Source: Candidatus Saccharimonadota bacterium
GTDB lineage: Bacteria; Patescibacteriota; Saccharimonadia; Saccharimonadales; Saccharimonadaceae
Assembly (NCBI RefSeq): GCF_025273655.1
Contig: NZ_CP045921.1
Coordinates: 420,001-452,000, forward strand
Reading direction: 5' to 3'
DNA: 32,000 nt
In this document: piece after piece, positions 15,843-23,904 of the stretch
Position numbering within the stretch: the stretch's first letter is position 1
Layout of the letters: every line of letters starts with the position of its first letter
Notes under the pieces: generated by a model
The model's input: the letters and a program-made list of their open reading frames with translations, nothing else
Told to the model about the DNA's origin: nothing
The model's database searches: none
Position numbers and translations under genes: made by a program

Positions 15843-16317
15843 AGTTGTATTTGATCGCGCGCTGCGCTTCCCTGTCCTGGTCGCGGCGCTTGAGCGTCTC
15901 ACGCTTATCGTACGTCTTCTTGCCCTTGCCGATCGCGATCACGACTTTGATATGATTTTTCTTCGTGAGCATACGCAGCGGGACGATGCTGCTGCCTTGC
16001 TGTTTTTTGCTTTCGAGCGCGGTGATTTGCTTGCGGCTAGCCAGAAGTTTGCGCGGCTCGGTGTCAATGGTGCGGGCACTTGGATCACCCTTTTTGTTGA
16101 GCTTGAGGCTAAAGCTGGCGTTGTTGAGCCAGAGCTCGCTGCGGCGGATCGTCACGAATGAGCCTTTGAGTTGCACGTGACCATCGCGGGCAGCGCGGAC
16201 TTCTGGTCCTGTCAGCACGATACCGGCCTCTAACTCGTCGCCAAGCTCGTAGTCAAACCGCACCCTGCGATTGAGGACGGCTCCAGATGTGTGCTTGGGG
16301 CGTTTTTTTTGTGCCAT
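15841..16317 (-). CDS. smpB: SsrA-binding protein SmpB
   Basis: NRRVRFDYELGDELEAGIVLTGPEVRAAR...LWLNNASF...RKLLASRKQI...IVPLRMLTKKNHIKVVIAIGKGKKTYDKRE is a full-length SmpB pattern. TACAAT lies 9 nt upstream of the ATG. Confidence 0.93.
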   Translation of the reverse strand: MAQKKRPKHTSGAVLNRRVRFDYELGDELEAGIVLTGPEVRAARDGHVQLKGSFVTIRRSELWLNNASFSLKLNKKGDPSARTIDTEPRKLLASRKQITALESKKQQGSSIVPLRMLTKKNHIKVVIAIGKGKKTYDKRETLKRRDQDREAQRAIKYN

Positions 16318-16367
16318 GATTTACCTATTGTAACACTTCTCGAGGTAGGCTGTGTATACTCGAGAGT

Positions 16368-17488
16368 ATGAGTACATTCGAAGAGACAGCTCGCAAGATT
16401 CTCGCCGAGGCAGATGTTCGTATCGGCGGCGACCGACCACAAGATATACAGGTGCATGACAATAGGCTGTATGCGCGCGTTATCCGCGATGGAGATCTAG
16501 GACTGGGCGAAGCCTACATGGATGGCTGGTGGGATGCAAATCAACTTGACGTGTTTTTTGCACACTTGCTCCAGATCGACCCTATGAAGGCGATCAAACT
16601 ATCACCAGGGCTTGTAGCAGAAATTGCTAAAGTGAAGTTGTTCAACCAGCAGTCGACGGGCAAGACAAAGTCAGATCTATCGCACCATTATGACATTGGT
16701 AACGAATTGTACGAGCAGTTTCTCGACAAACGTATGATCTACTCCTGCGCCTACTGGAAAGACGCGCGTACGCTTGATCAAGCTAAGAGGCCAAGCTCGA
16801 TCTCGTCTGTCGCAAACTCGAACTCAAGCCTGGTATGACGGTGCTTGACATCGGCTGTGGCTGGGGCGGTTTTGCAATCTATGCGGCTGAAAAATACGGT
16901 GTGCATGTGACGGGCATCTCGCCGGCCATAGAGCAGGTGGAGTTAGCGCGTGAGCGGACTGCTGGGTACGATATCGATATCGTACAGAGTGATTACCGCG
17001 ACCTGACTGGCACATTTGACCGTATAGTATCGATCGGTATGCTCGAGCATGTCGGTGGCAAAAACTATCGAAGTTTCTTCGACAAATGCGACGAACTTCT
17101 GGCTGAAGACGGGATTATGCTCCACCATACGATCAGCGGTAGCGTACCGTATCGGGCGGATATGTCGCGTTGGATGCGCAAATATATCTTCCCTGGCACG
17201 TATTTGCCCACGCTTGCCGAACTCTCAAGCGTGCCCGCTACGCAGTTTGCTGTTGAAGATGTGCAAAACTTGGGCGAGGATTATCACCGCACACTTCTCG
17301 TGTGGGACAGGCGATTTGTGAAGGCGTATCCCAAGCTTGATCAGGACAAATACGACGAGCGCTTCTATCGCATGTGGCGTTACTATTTGCTTATCTGCGG
17401 TGGTCTTTTTCACGCTCATTCACTCTATCTCTACCAAGTAGTCTATCGCCGTCAGCGCCCCGCGCCTACCTACCGCGCCCCACGCTAG
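16368..17488 (+). pseudogene. cfa: Cyclopropane-fatty-acyl-phospholipid synthase, interrupted by a 1-nt frameshift near 16788-16790
   Basis: ORF 16368-16838 ends ...[16 protein letters not shown] then garbage. The frame entered at 16790 reads [29 protein letters not shown]... and continues as ORF 16835-17488. Both halves are collinear with E. coli Cfa ([44 protein letters not shown]). TATACT lies 7 nt upstream of the ATG at 16368. Confidence 0.85.
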
Positions 17489-18258
17489 TCTGCGAGCAGT
17501 CGTACGTATTTCTCGGCGAGTTCTGGATGCGATGCCATGCCGTTATGACCGTATTCGTTTACCTTGAGTGTGACGTGTGCGGGCCAGGTGTGACGCATAG
17601 CGTTTTTGATATAAATGCGACGATCGCGCTGCCCTACCGTGACGAGAATCGGCTTATCGATCAGGGCGACTTCTTCAAATACATTTCCTCGCATGACGAC
17701 ATTGCGCAAACTGCCATCGCGTGCCTGGTGCGGGACGGCCAGAATATCGGATAGGCTTACGGCTGGGCGTACGCGTCGGGGTGAGCGTGGCAGTAGTTTG
17801 ATCGTGCGCCAGATAGAGCGACGAAACCGAGAGAACAGGAACGCGCGGTAGTGTCGCCCAGTGGCGGCGATATCATCGTGAGCCTCCTCTGGAGACGAAA
17901 ACATCGGCGGATTGAACAGCACGAGTCTCGAAACATCGTCTGGGTGTGTTTGTGCATATCGTAGCGCAAGGAGCGTGCCCATAGAGTGTCCTACAAGCGC
18001 AAAGGGTCGTCCGACATGAAGTGTCGTAAGAGTGTGGTGGATAGCGGCAAGCTGATCGGCGTAGCCATAGTCGCTGTGACGCGGCTTGGGCGAGCGACCA
18101 TGGCCCAGTAAATCGAGGCGTATCACCGTGTGATCTCGAGCGAGTCGCGGTGCAAGCTTCTTGTAGTAACGCGACGACGCCAGATAGCCATGGAGCATGA
18201 CAACAACTGGACCTGAGCCCTCGATTTCGGCATGAAGCCTAAATTGTTTCATCATCAA
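17485..18258 (-). CDS. Alpha/beta-fold hydrolase
   Basis: VVMLHGYLASS...LDLLGHGRS...ALVGHSMGTLLALRYA (GxSxG nucleophile elbow) and a C-terminal His region. Its stop shares the CTAG at 17485-17488 with the cfa stop. Confidence 0.85.
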   Translation of the reverse strand: MMMKQFRLHAEIEGSGPVVVMLHGYLASSRYYKKLAPRLARDHTVIRLDLLGHGRSPKPRHSDYGYADQLAAIHHTLTTLHVGRPFALVGHSMGTLLALRYAQTHPDDVSRLVLFNPPMFSSPEEAHDDIAATGRHYRAFLFSRFRRSIWRTIKLLPRSPRRVRPAVSLSDILAVPHQARDGSLRNVVMRGNVFEEVALIDKPILVTVGQRDRRIYIKNAMRHTWPAHVTLKVNEYGHNGMASHPELAEKYVRLLAD

Positions 18259-18318
18259 TATTGTAGCAAAGTCTCCAGCGTATCTTCATATTCGTGCGTG
18301 AAACTGTATAATCAAACT

Positions 18319-19029
18319 ATGTATAAACGAGTATTAGTAAAATTATCTGGTGAGCAGCTCCAGGGTCGGTTTGAGAGCGGGTTTGACGCTGAGCGTGCCG
18401 CCTGGATTGCCAAAGAAATCAACAAAATTACAGACCATGATACGCAAGTTGTCGTGATGATCGGCGGCGGCAACTATGCGCGCGGCGCGCAACTAGCTGG
18501 CGGTGGCGTGCAGCGTGTGAGCGCCGACAATATCGGAATGCTTGCCACGATGATGAACGCGATTGCGTTGGCCGATGTATTCGAAGCGAGCGGTGTGCCT
18601 GCACGGGCATTGACAAATATCAAAGCAGATCAAGTTGTTGACCAGTTCACTCATCGTCGTGCACTGAGTCATTTGTCAAAAGGTCGAGTTGTGGTAGTAG
18701 CAGGTGGTATTGGCCGTCCATATCTCACCACTGATACAGCGGCCGTCAGCCTGGCACTTGAACTCGAGTGTGACCTTATTATCAAAGCCACCAAAGTCGA
18801 TGGTGTCTACGATGCCGATCCTGTGTCGTATGGCGATGCAACTAAATACGACAAACTGACACTTCAGGAGGCGGTTGAGCGCCCAGATGTACGTGTCATG
18901 GACAAGGCGGCAATTGCCCTGGCGGCCGACCACAAACAGGCCATTCTTGTCTGCAAGTTGCTTACAGAGGGCAATCTCGCAGCGGCAGCCGCGGGTGAGC
19001 CAGTTGGGACAGTGATCAGCGTATCGTGA
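18319..19029 (+). CDS. pyrH: UMP kinase
   Basis: MYKRVLVKLSGEQL...VVMIGGGNYARG...ATMMNAIAL...VVVAGGIGRPYLTTDTAAVSLALE. Start taken at 18319. TATAAT at 18307-18312 lies 6 nt upstream, so the track's 18232 start is rejected. Confidence 0.93.
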   Translation: MYKRVLVKLSGEQLQGRFESGFDAERAAWIAKEINKITDHDTQVVVMIGGGNYARGAQLAGGGVQRVSADNIGMLATMMNAIALADVFEASGVPARALTNIKADQVVDQFTHRRALSHLSKGRVVVVAGGIGRPYLTTDTAAVSLALELECDLIIKATKVDGVYDADPVSYGDATKYDKLTLQEAVERPDVRVMDKAAIALAADHKQAILVCKLLTEGNLAAAAAGEPVGTVISVS

Positions 19030-19886
19030 GCGTTGCCCAGCCGACGCTCGACGTCGTGATTCCCTGCTACAATGAAGCGCAAGACATCGCAAGATGCCTA
19101 GACCTACTGCTTGACCAGCGGAAAGAGTTGCGACGTATCATCGTGGTCGATAACAATTCTAGCGATGCTACGCCAAGTATTCTCCGCGACTATGCGACTC
19201 GTGAGCCGATCATCGACGTGCTTCATGAGACGCGTCAAGGTGTTGAGTTTGCACGCGACACCGGTATGGCGCACGCACGAGCCGATGTGGTGGCACGGAT
19301 TGATGTCGACGCACGTGTGCAGCCAGGCTGGGCTCGAGCGTTACGTGAATTTTATGCAGCGCATCCCGATGTGCAGGCTGGCACGGGTGCCACAGAATAT
19401 TTTGATCTACCTGCACGTCGTTTCACCAACATGGTGACCTGGTTTTTTATGACCATGTCAAATCAAGTCATGGCTGGCTCGGTCAATCTCTACGGTGCCA
19501 ATATGTCGATTCGTCGCCAAGCGTGGGACATGGTCAAGGATCACTTACCGGGGCGCGACGCGCATGTTATGGAAGACCTGTCTATCTCGCTTGCGCTTGA
19601 AAAGCGTGGTCAGAAAATAGACTATATACCAGGGGCTATGGCGCACGTGTCGGGTCGCCGCATGCGCACGAATCCACGAGATTTCGCACGCTACAACGCT
19701 CAGTGGCCCAATACATACCGCGCTATGGGCTTTTCTCGCAAAGCGCGCGCCATCAAGCCTATGTCATGGCTCGGCAATATACTGCAATGGGGCTTGGCGT
19801 TTTTGCTGCGGTTTCACGATCCCGCTACTGGCAAATTCAGTATACGAACGTTTCATAACGGCTACGAAGGTCGGGAACTTCCCTAG
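19026..19886 (+). CDS. Family 2 glycosyltransferase (286 aa)
   Basis: LDVVIPCYNEAQDI...IIVVDNNSSDAT...RIDVDA...GANMSIRRQAW...MEDLSISLAL. The GTG start overlaps the pyrH stop (GTGA). Confidence 0.85.
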   Translation: MSVAQPTLDVVIPCYNEAQDIARCLDLLLDQRKELRRIIVVDNNSSDATPSILRDYATREPIIDVLHETRQGVEFARDTGMAHARADVVARIDVDARVQPGWARALREFYAAHPDVQAGTGATEYFDLPARRFTNMVTWFFMTMSNQVMAGSVNLYGANMSIRRQAWDMVKDHLPGRDAHVMEDLSISLALEKRGQKIDYIPGAMAHVSGRRMRTNPRDFARYNAQWPNTYRAMGFSRKARAIKPMSWLGNILQWGLAFLLRFHDPATGKFSIRTFHNGYEGRELP

Positions 19887-19913
19887 CGGAAGTATGGTAT
19901 AATCGAGGAAGTT

Positions 19914-20774
19914 ATGGTGAAACTACCAACAGTGTCGATCGTCATCCCGGCGTACAACGAAGAAAAAGTCATAGGAAAATGTCTCGAGTCATGCATTGCA
20001 CAGACAGATTTGGCAGACGAAGTGATTGTCGTCGACAACAACTCTCGTGACGACACCGCCAAGATTGTTCGGCGGTACCAGCGGGCACACCCAGAAGCAC
20101 ATATCCGCCTGCTATCGCAGAAAGAACAAGGCCTCATCCCGACACGTAATTATGGTTTCAAGCAGGCGAAAGGCGAAGTGATGGGTCGTATCGATGCCGA
20201 TTCGGCACTGTCCGAAAACTGGGTACATAGTGTCCGCCGCACATTTGCCAAGAAGACAGTTGCGGCAGCTACTGGTCCTGTGGTGTATCACGATATGCCA
20301 TTGCCAAAAGTAGGGTTGGCATTTGACAAGCGTATCCGCCAGGCATTGTACAACTCGGCCAAAGATCATACATTCTTATTCGGTAGTAACATGGCAATTC
20401 GCCAGGGTGCATGGAGCGCAATTCAGGATTTAGTTCATCGGGATGAAGAAGATCTGCTACATGAAGATATCGATATCGCCCTCAGTTTGTATCGTAAGGG
20501 CCTCTATGTGGCCTACGACCCCGAGATGGTTGGTGGTATGTCGGCGCGCCGCCTCGAAGACAAGCCACGTGATTTCTACAATTACGTCATGCGATTTGAG
20601 CGTACGTTTCAGATTCATGGTGTGTCGAGCGCCACGGCGCGCATGCCTATCTTCATTTATCTTATGATCTACTTCCCTATCCGTACGCTGCGCAAATTTT
20701 ACGATGGTGATGCCAACAAGTTTACACTGCAAAAACTCCGCGATGATATACGCGAAATAGCCGAAAAACTCTAA
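19914..20774 (+). CDS. Family 2 glycosyltransferase (286 aa), paralogue of the preceding gene
   Basis: VSIVIPAYNEEKVI...VIVVDNNSRDDT...RIDADS...GSNMAIRQGAW...HEDIDIALSL...PRDFYNY. These blocks are collinear with the upstream gene. Confidence 0.85.
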   Translation: MVKLPTVSIVIPAYNEEKVIGKCLESCIAQTDLADEVIVVDNNSRDDTAKIVRRYQRAHPEAHIRLLSQKEQGLIPTRNYGFKQAKGEVMGRIDADSALSENWVHSVRRTFAKKTVAAATGPVVYHDMPLPKVGLAFDKRIRQALYNSAKDHTFLFGSNMAIRQGAWSAIQDLVHRDEEDLLHEDIDIALSLYRKGLYVAYDPEMVGGMSARRLEDKPRDFYNYVMRFERTFQIHGVSSATARMPIFIYLMIYFPIRTLRKFYDGDANKFTLQKLRDDIREIAEKL

Positions 20775-20795
20775 CAACAGTATATAGAAACCAAC

Positions 20796-21575
20796 ATGCA
20801 GACAGTATTTTTTCACGGATTTAGTGGTGGCGGCGGTGCACCGCTTGCGCCATTTGCCGAAGAGCTCGGACTTGATATGCGCGATGTGGTGTTACTCGAC
20901 ATGCCAGGTTTTAGTAAGGGCGACGGGATACTTGATCCAGCGGTACTTGCAGACCCAGGCGCGTATCTCGATATGGCCGAGCCAAGTATACTACGGCAAA
21001 TCAAGTCGAACAAAATCCGCATCATTGCCTACTCTCACGGCGCTATTCCGGCATTTCTCTTTGCTGCGCGCCACCAGGAGCTTGTCGCACAACTTGTGCT
21101 CATATGCCCAGCATCATCGCTACATCCATTTGTCAGCTTGCTGCCGCGTGTTATGAACGGTACAGTGAGGCTTATCAGTGTCGACAGACTGCTTGGTGTC
21201 ATGCGTAATCGTTTTTTGGTAGATATCATGACGCTGTATGGGCGCAAGCGGTATTGGACACGCCAAAATCTCATGGATCGCTTGCGCACACGTCGCGAAG
21301 AGTCAGATCAGTACAATATCAATATGTTTTATCTTATGAAACAGCTCGACACGTTTCAGCGTGACTACGATAGTACAAAAATCGAGCATGTGCCGACGGT
21401 TATTCTCCGTACTACAGACGACGAGGTGATCGGTCGCAACTCGGTACAATGGTTTCGCGATCACATCGCAGGCGCAAAACTCGTGTCGACTATAGGTGGA
21501 CACGCGATCCTGGCTGTGATGCCAGAAAAAGCCGCGGAGCGGCTAAAACCTATTCTGAATCAGGCCACTGAGTAA
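20796..21575 (+). CDS. Alpha/beta-fold hydrolase
   Basis: VFFHGFSGGGG...LDMPGFSKGDG...IIAYSHGAIPAFLFAA (nucleophile elbow variant AxSxG)...GGHAIL. Confidence 0.75.
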   Translation: MQTVFFHGFSGGGGAPLAPFAEELGLDMRDVVLLDMPGFSKGDGILDPAVLADPGAYLDMAEPSILRQIKSNKIRIIAYSHGAIPAFLFAARHQELVAQLVLICPASSLHPFVSLLPRVMNGTVRLISVDRLLGVMRNRFLVDIMTLYGRKRYWTRQNLMDRLRTRREESDQYNINMFYLMKQLDTFQRDYDSTKIEHVPTVILRTTDDEVIGRNSVQWFRDHIAGAKLVSTIGGHAILAVMPEKAAERLKPILNQATE

Positions 21576-21927
21576 ATATGTTCTTATTGTGAAATACGAG
21601 CCGTACTGCTGCTGCGCTGTGTGGTTGTGCTAATATGTCTCGCGTGCGTCTAGCAAGTTGTGTCAATACATACGGCTCTAGTTCGGGAAAATCAAGACAA
21701 TCTTCGGGGGCAATTCGGTCGGCTTCTTCTGTTATGAGCAGCCGTAGTTCTTGCAATTTCGCAGTGAGGGTGGGTGTATATGGCGGCTGATGCTGGAGGC
21801 GCGCATCTATCAGCTGCAATGCCCGCGCGGCCAGGTGACCTTCTGGGAGTTTGCCATAAGGTGCTTCTACGTTGGGCTGTGTATCGGGCGAGCGTGTCGG
21901 AAAACGGAGGACATTATCATGGCTCAT
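21550..21927 (-). CDS. Hypothetical protein (125 aa)
   Basis: ORF with a plausible codon pattern. Its 3' end overlaps the convergent hydrolase gene by 26 nt. No family recognised. Confidence 0.4.
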   Translation of the reverse strand: MSHDNVLRFPTRSPDTQPNVEAPYGKLPEGHLAARALQLIDARLQHQPPYTPTLTAKLQELRLLITEEADRIAPEDCLDFPELEPYVLTQLARRTRDILAQPHSAAAVRLVFHNKNIFTQWPDSE

Positions 21928-22065
21928 GTCACTACTATGACGGATAGGTTATAATATGTCGAATTTCTACAGATACGTCTGTCTTTATCCTTGATAGCAG
22001 CCGGGTACTACATGCTATACACTTATAAAGTATAAAAGTCAACAAATATGGTATACTAGAAACTT

Positions 22066-23706
22066 ATGATTGCCGATATCAATATCACCGAAAAATCGTT
22101 TGGCGACAAGCACCTTATGAGTCAGGTGAAGTTCGCCATAGATGACGGCGAGAAGATTGGCGTCGTGGGTCGGAATGGCGTGGGCAAATCGACCCTCTTT
22201 GGTATTCTTGCCGGCACCGATGCAGATTATACTGGCGAAGTGACCTATCGACGTGGTATCACGGTTGCCTCTACCGCCCAGGAGCACCATGGACTTGGGG
22301 ATGTGACAGTGCTGCAATACGTGTTGTCTGGTTTGCCGGAATATTCCGAGCTGAGCCATATCATCGAAACATACCCCGAAACCATGGGTGACAGCATGAA
22401 GCTCATCGACGAGTATACGCAGGCACTTGCCCGTTTCGACGACAAAGGCTTCTATCAGATTGAAGAGAAAATCGAACGCGAGCTTGATAACTTCCAGCTC
22501 AGCGGCACAGCGCATCGTCCGATGTCGTCTCTGTCTGGTGGCCAGAAGCGTCTGATCGAGATCATCAAGATTATGCACTCGGACGCGCACCTAGCGCTCA
22601 TCGACGAACCGACTAACCACATGGACTTCGTGGCCAAACAGCAGTTCATCGACTGGATGAAAAGTGCGCGTGAGGCTATGCTAGTGATCACGCATGACCG
22701 TGATGTACTACACGAAGTCGACCGTATCGTCGAACTGCGTGACGGCGGTAGCGTGAGCTACAAAGGCAACTACGACGCATACCTGAAACAAAATGCCACT
22801 GCGACTTCAGCCGGCATGAACGAATTCGAGCAAATCGAAAAACGCATCGTGAATTTGAAGCAAAAAGTACTCGATTACCAGCGGCTCAAAGAGAAATCGC
22901 GCAATCCTGGTACAATCCAAAAGTTCAAACGCCTAGAAAATGAATCGCGTGCCGAGCTTGCCGAACTGCAAGCCAAGGAAAAGCCAACGTTTTGGATTGA
23001 CAAAGATTCAGCTGCAGAGCTGGATTATAAAGCCGCTTCGCGCTATGACAAGTTCAAAAGCAAAAATATCCGTATGAATATCAAAAACGATGACTCGCGG
23101 AGTAAGCATGTACTTGTGAAAGCCATGGACGTGGCGCTGGCATATGGTGACAAAATCCTGTTTGAAGGTATTAATATAGATCTGCGCGAGGGTGAAGCTA
23201 TGGAGCTACGTGGTCGCAATGGTGCTGGTAAAACATCGCTCATTCGTGCGCTGCTACATCACGACGGTGCGCCAGAGCTGCTAAGCGGCTCGCTTGAGCT
23301 CGACCGTCATGCGCGCATCGGTATCTACGAACAGGAGATCGACGAGAAGTACCTCACCTTCCCCCTCGAAGAAGCTATAGAGCGACTCTATCTCGATCGG
23401 GATTTGGCTATCAGTACGACGAAGGTGCGTAGTCTCATGAGTGACTACCTCTTTACCTCTGGTGACGGCGCCATCCCACTCGCTAAGCTTTCTGGTGGCC
23501 AGAAAGCCCGTTTCCAACTCATAGCTATGCTGGCAAACGACCCACAATTACTCATCCTCGACGAGCCGACCAACCACCTAGACTTGCCTAGCATCGAGGA
23601 AATTGAGACCGCCCTCGCCCGCTATACCGGCGCCGTCCTCTATGTGAGCCACGATGGGTATTTCCGCCAGTCGCTCGGTGGGGGCATACTCACTATTGGT
23701 GCTTAG
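22066..23706 (+). CDS. ABC-F family ATPase (two ABC domains, no TM domain)
   Basis: Two Walker A motifs (GRNGVGKST, GRNGAGKTS), two signatures (LSGGQKRL, LSGGQKAR), two Walker B motifs (LIDEPTNHMD, ILDEPTNHLD) and a charged inter-domain linker. TATACT lies 8 nt upstream of the ATG. Confidence 0.9.
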   Translation: MIADINITEKSFGDKHLMSQVKFAIDDGEKIGVVGRNGVGKSTLFGILAGTDADYTGEVTYRRGITVASTAQEHHGLGDVTVLQYVLSGLPEYSELSHIIETYPETMGDSMKLIDEYTQALARFDDKGFYQIEEKIERELDNFQLSGTAHRPMSSLSGGQKRLIEIIKIMHSDAHLALIDEPTNHMDFVAKQQFIDWMKSAREAMLVITHDRDVLHEVDRIVELRDGGSVSYKGNYDAYLKQNATATSAGMNEFEQIEKRIVNLKQKVLDYQRLKEKSRNPGTIQKFKRLENESRAELAELQAKEKPTFWIDKDSAAELDYKAASRYDKFKSKNIRMNIKNDDSRSKHVLVKAMDVALAYGDKILFEGINIDLREGEAMELRGRNGAGKTSLIRALLHHDGAPELLSGSLELDRHARIGIYEQEIDEKYLTFPLEEAIERLYLDRDLAISTTKVRSLMSDYLFTSGDGAIPLAKLSGGQKARFQLIAMLANDPQLLILDEPTNHLDLPSIEEIETALARYTGAVLYVSHDGYFRQSLGGGILTIGA

Positions 23707-23904
23707 CTTGAGGGTAAAATAAAAGACCTCGATATTTCCAGTAATTGTAAAATGTTCGATGCGAGTAACAAGCAGATGACAGGTAGAGGAGCATCCGCCA
23801 TCAACTCGCCACTCAAGGAGCACACTGATCACACAGTAATCACTTATGCGGCCGCTAGTGGTAGTATTGGTCGTATTTCTGTTGGACTAGCATGGACGCA
23901 GCAG

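Noticed and set aside
15300-15850. tmRNA (ssrA) adjacent to smpB, suggested by the perfect promoter and terminator
   Set aside because: Neither strand has a GGGG...acceptor 5' end, a GGTTCGAnTCC T arm, a CCACCA 3' end or an alanine-rich tag ORF. The region has a clean 126-codon reading frame with an SD. This should still be confirmed with ARAGORN or Infernal.
16303-16310. A8/T8 homopolymer in the first codons of smpB (and a similar A8 at about 5653-5660 in gltX) as a phase-variation tract
   Set aside because: Both simply encode Lys-Lys(-Lys) in conserved basic segments of essential genes. The tracts are short, and there is no evidence of length variation within this single sequence.
16780-16795. 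Programmed -1 ribosomal frameshift in cfa
   Set aside because: There is no slippery X XXY YYZ heptamer (the context is CTAAGAGGC), and I could see no obvious downstream pseudoknot or hairpin at the right spacing. A mutation or assembly error is more parsimonious.
22039-22590. 183-aa minus-strand ORF antisense to the ABC-F gene, and similar shadow ORFs (for example 5618-6190 in gltX, 2446-2859 and 3238-3681 in the kinase gene)
   Set aside because: All lie fully inside well-supported genes on the other strand or in another frame, with no start-site signals and no motifs.
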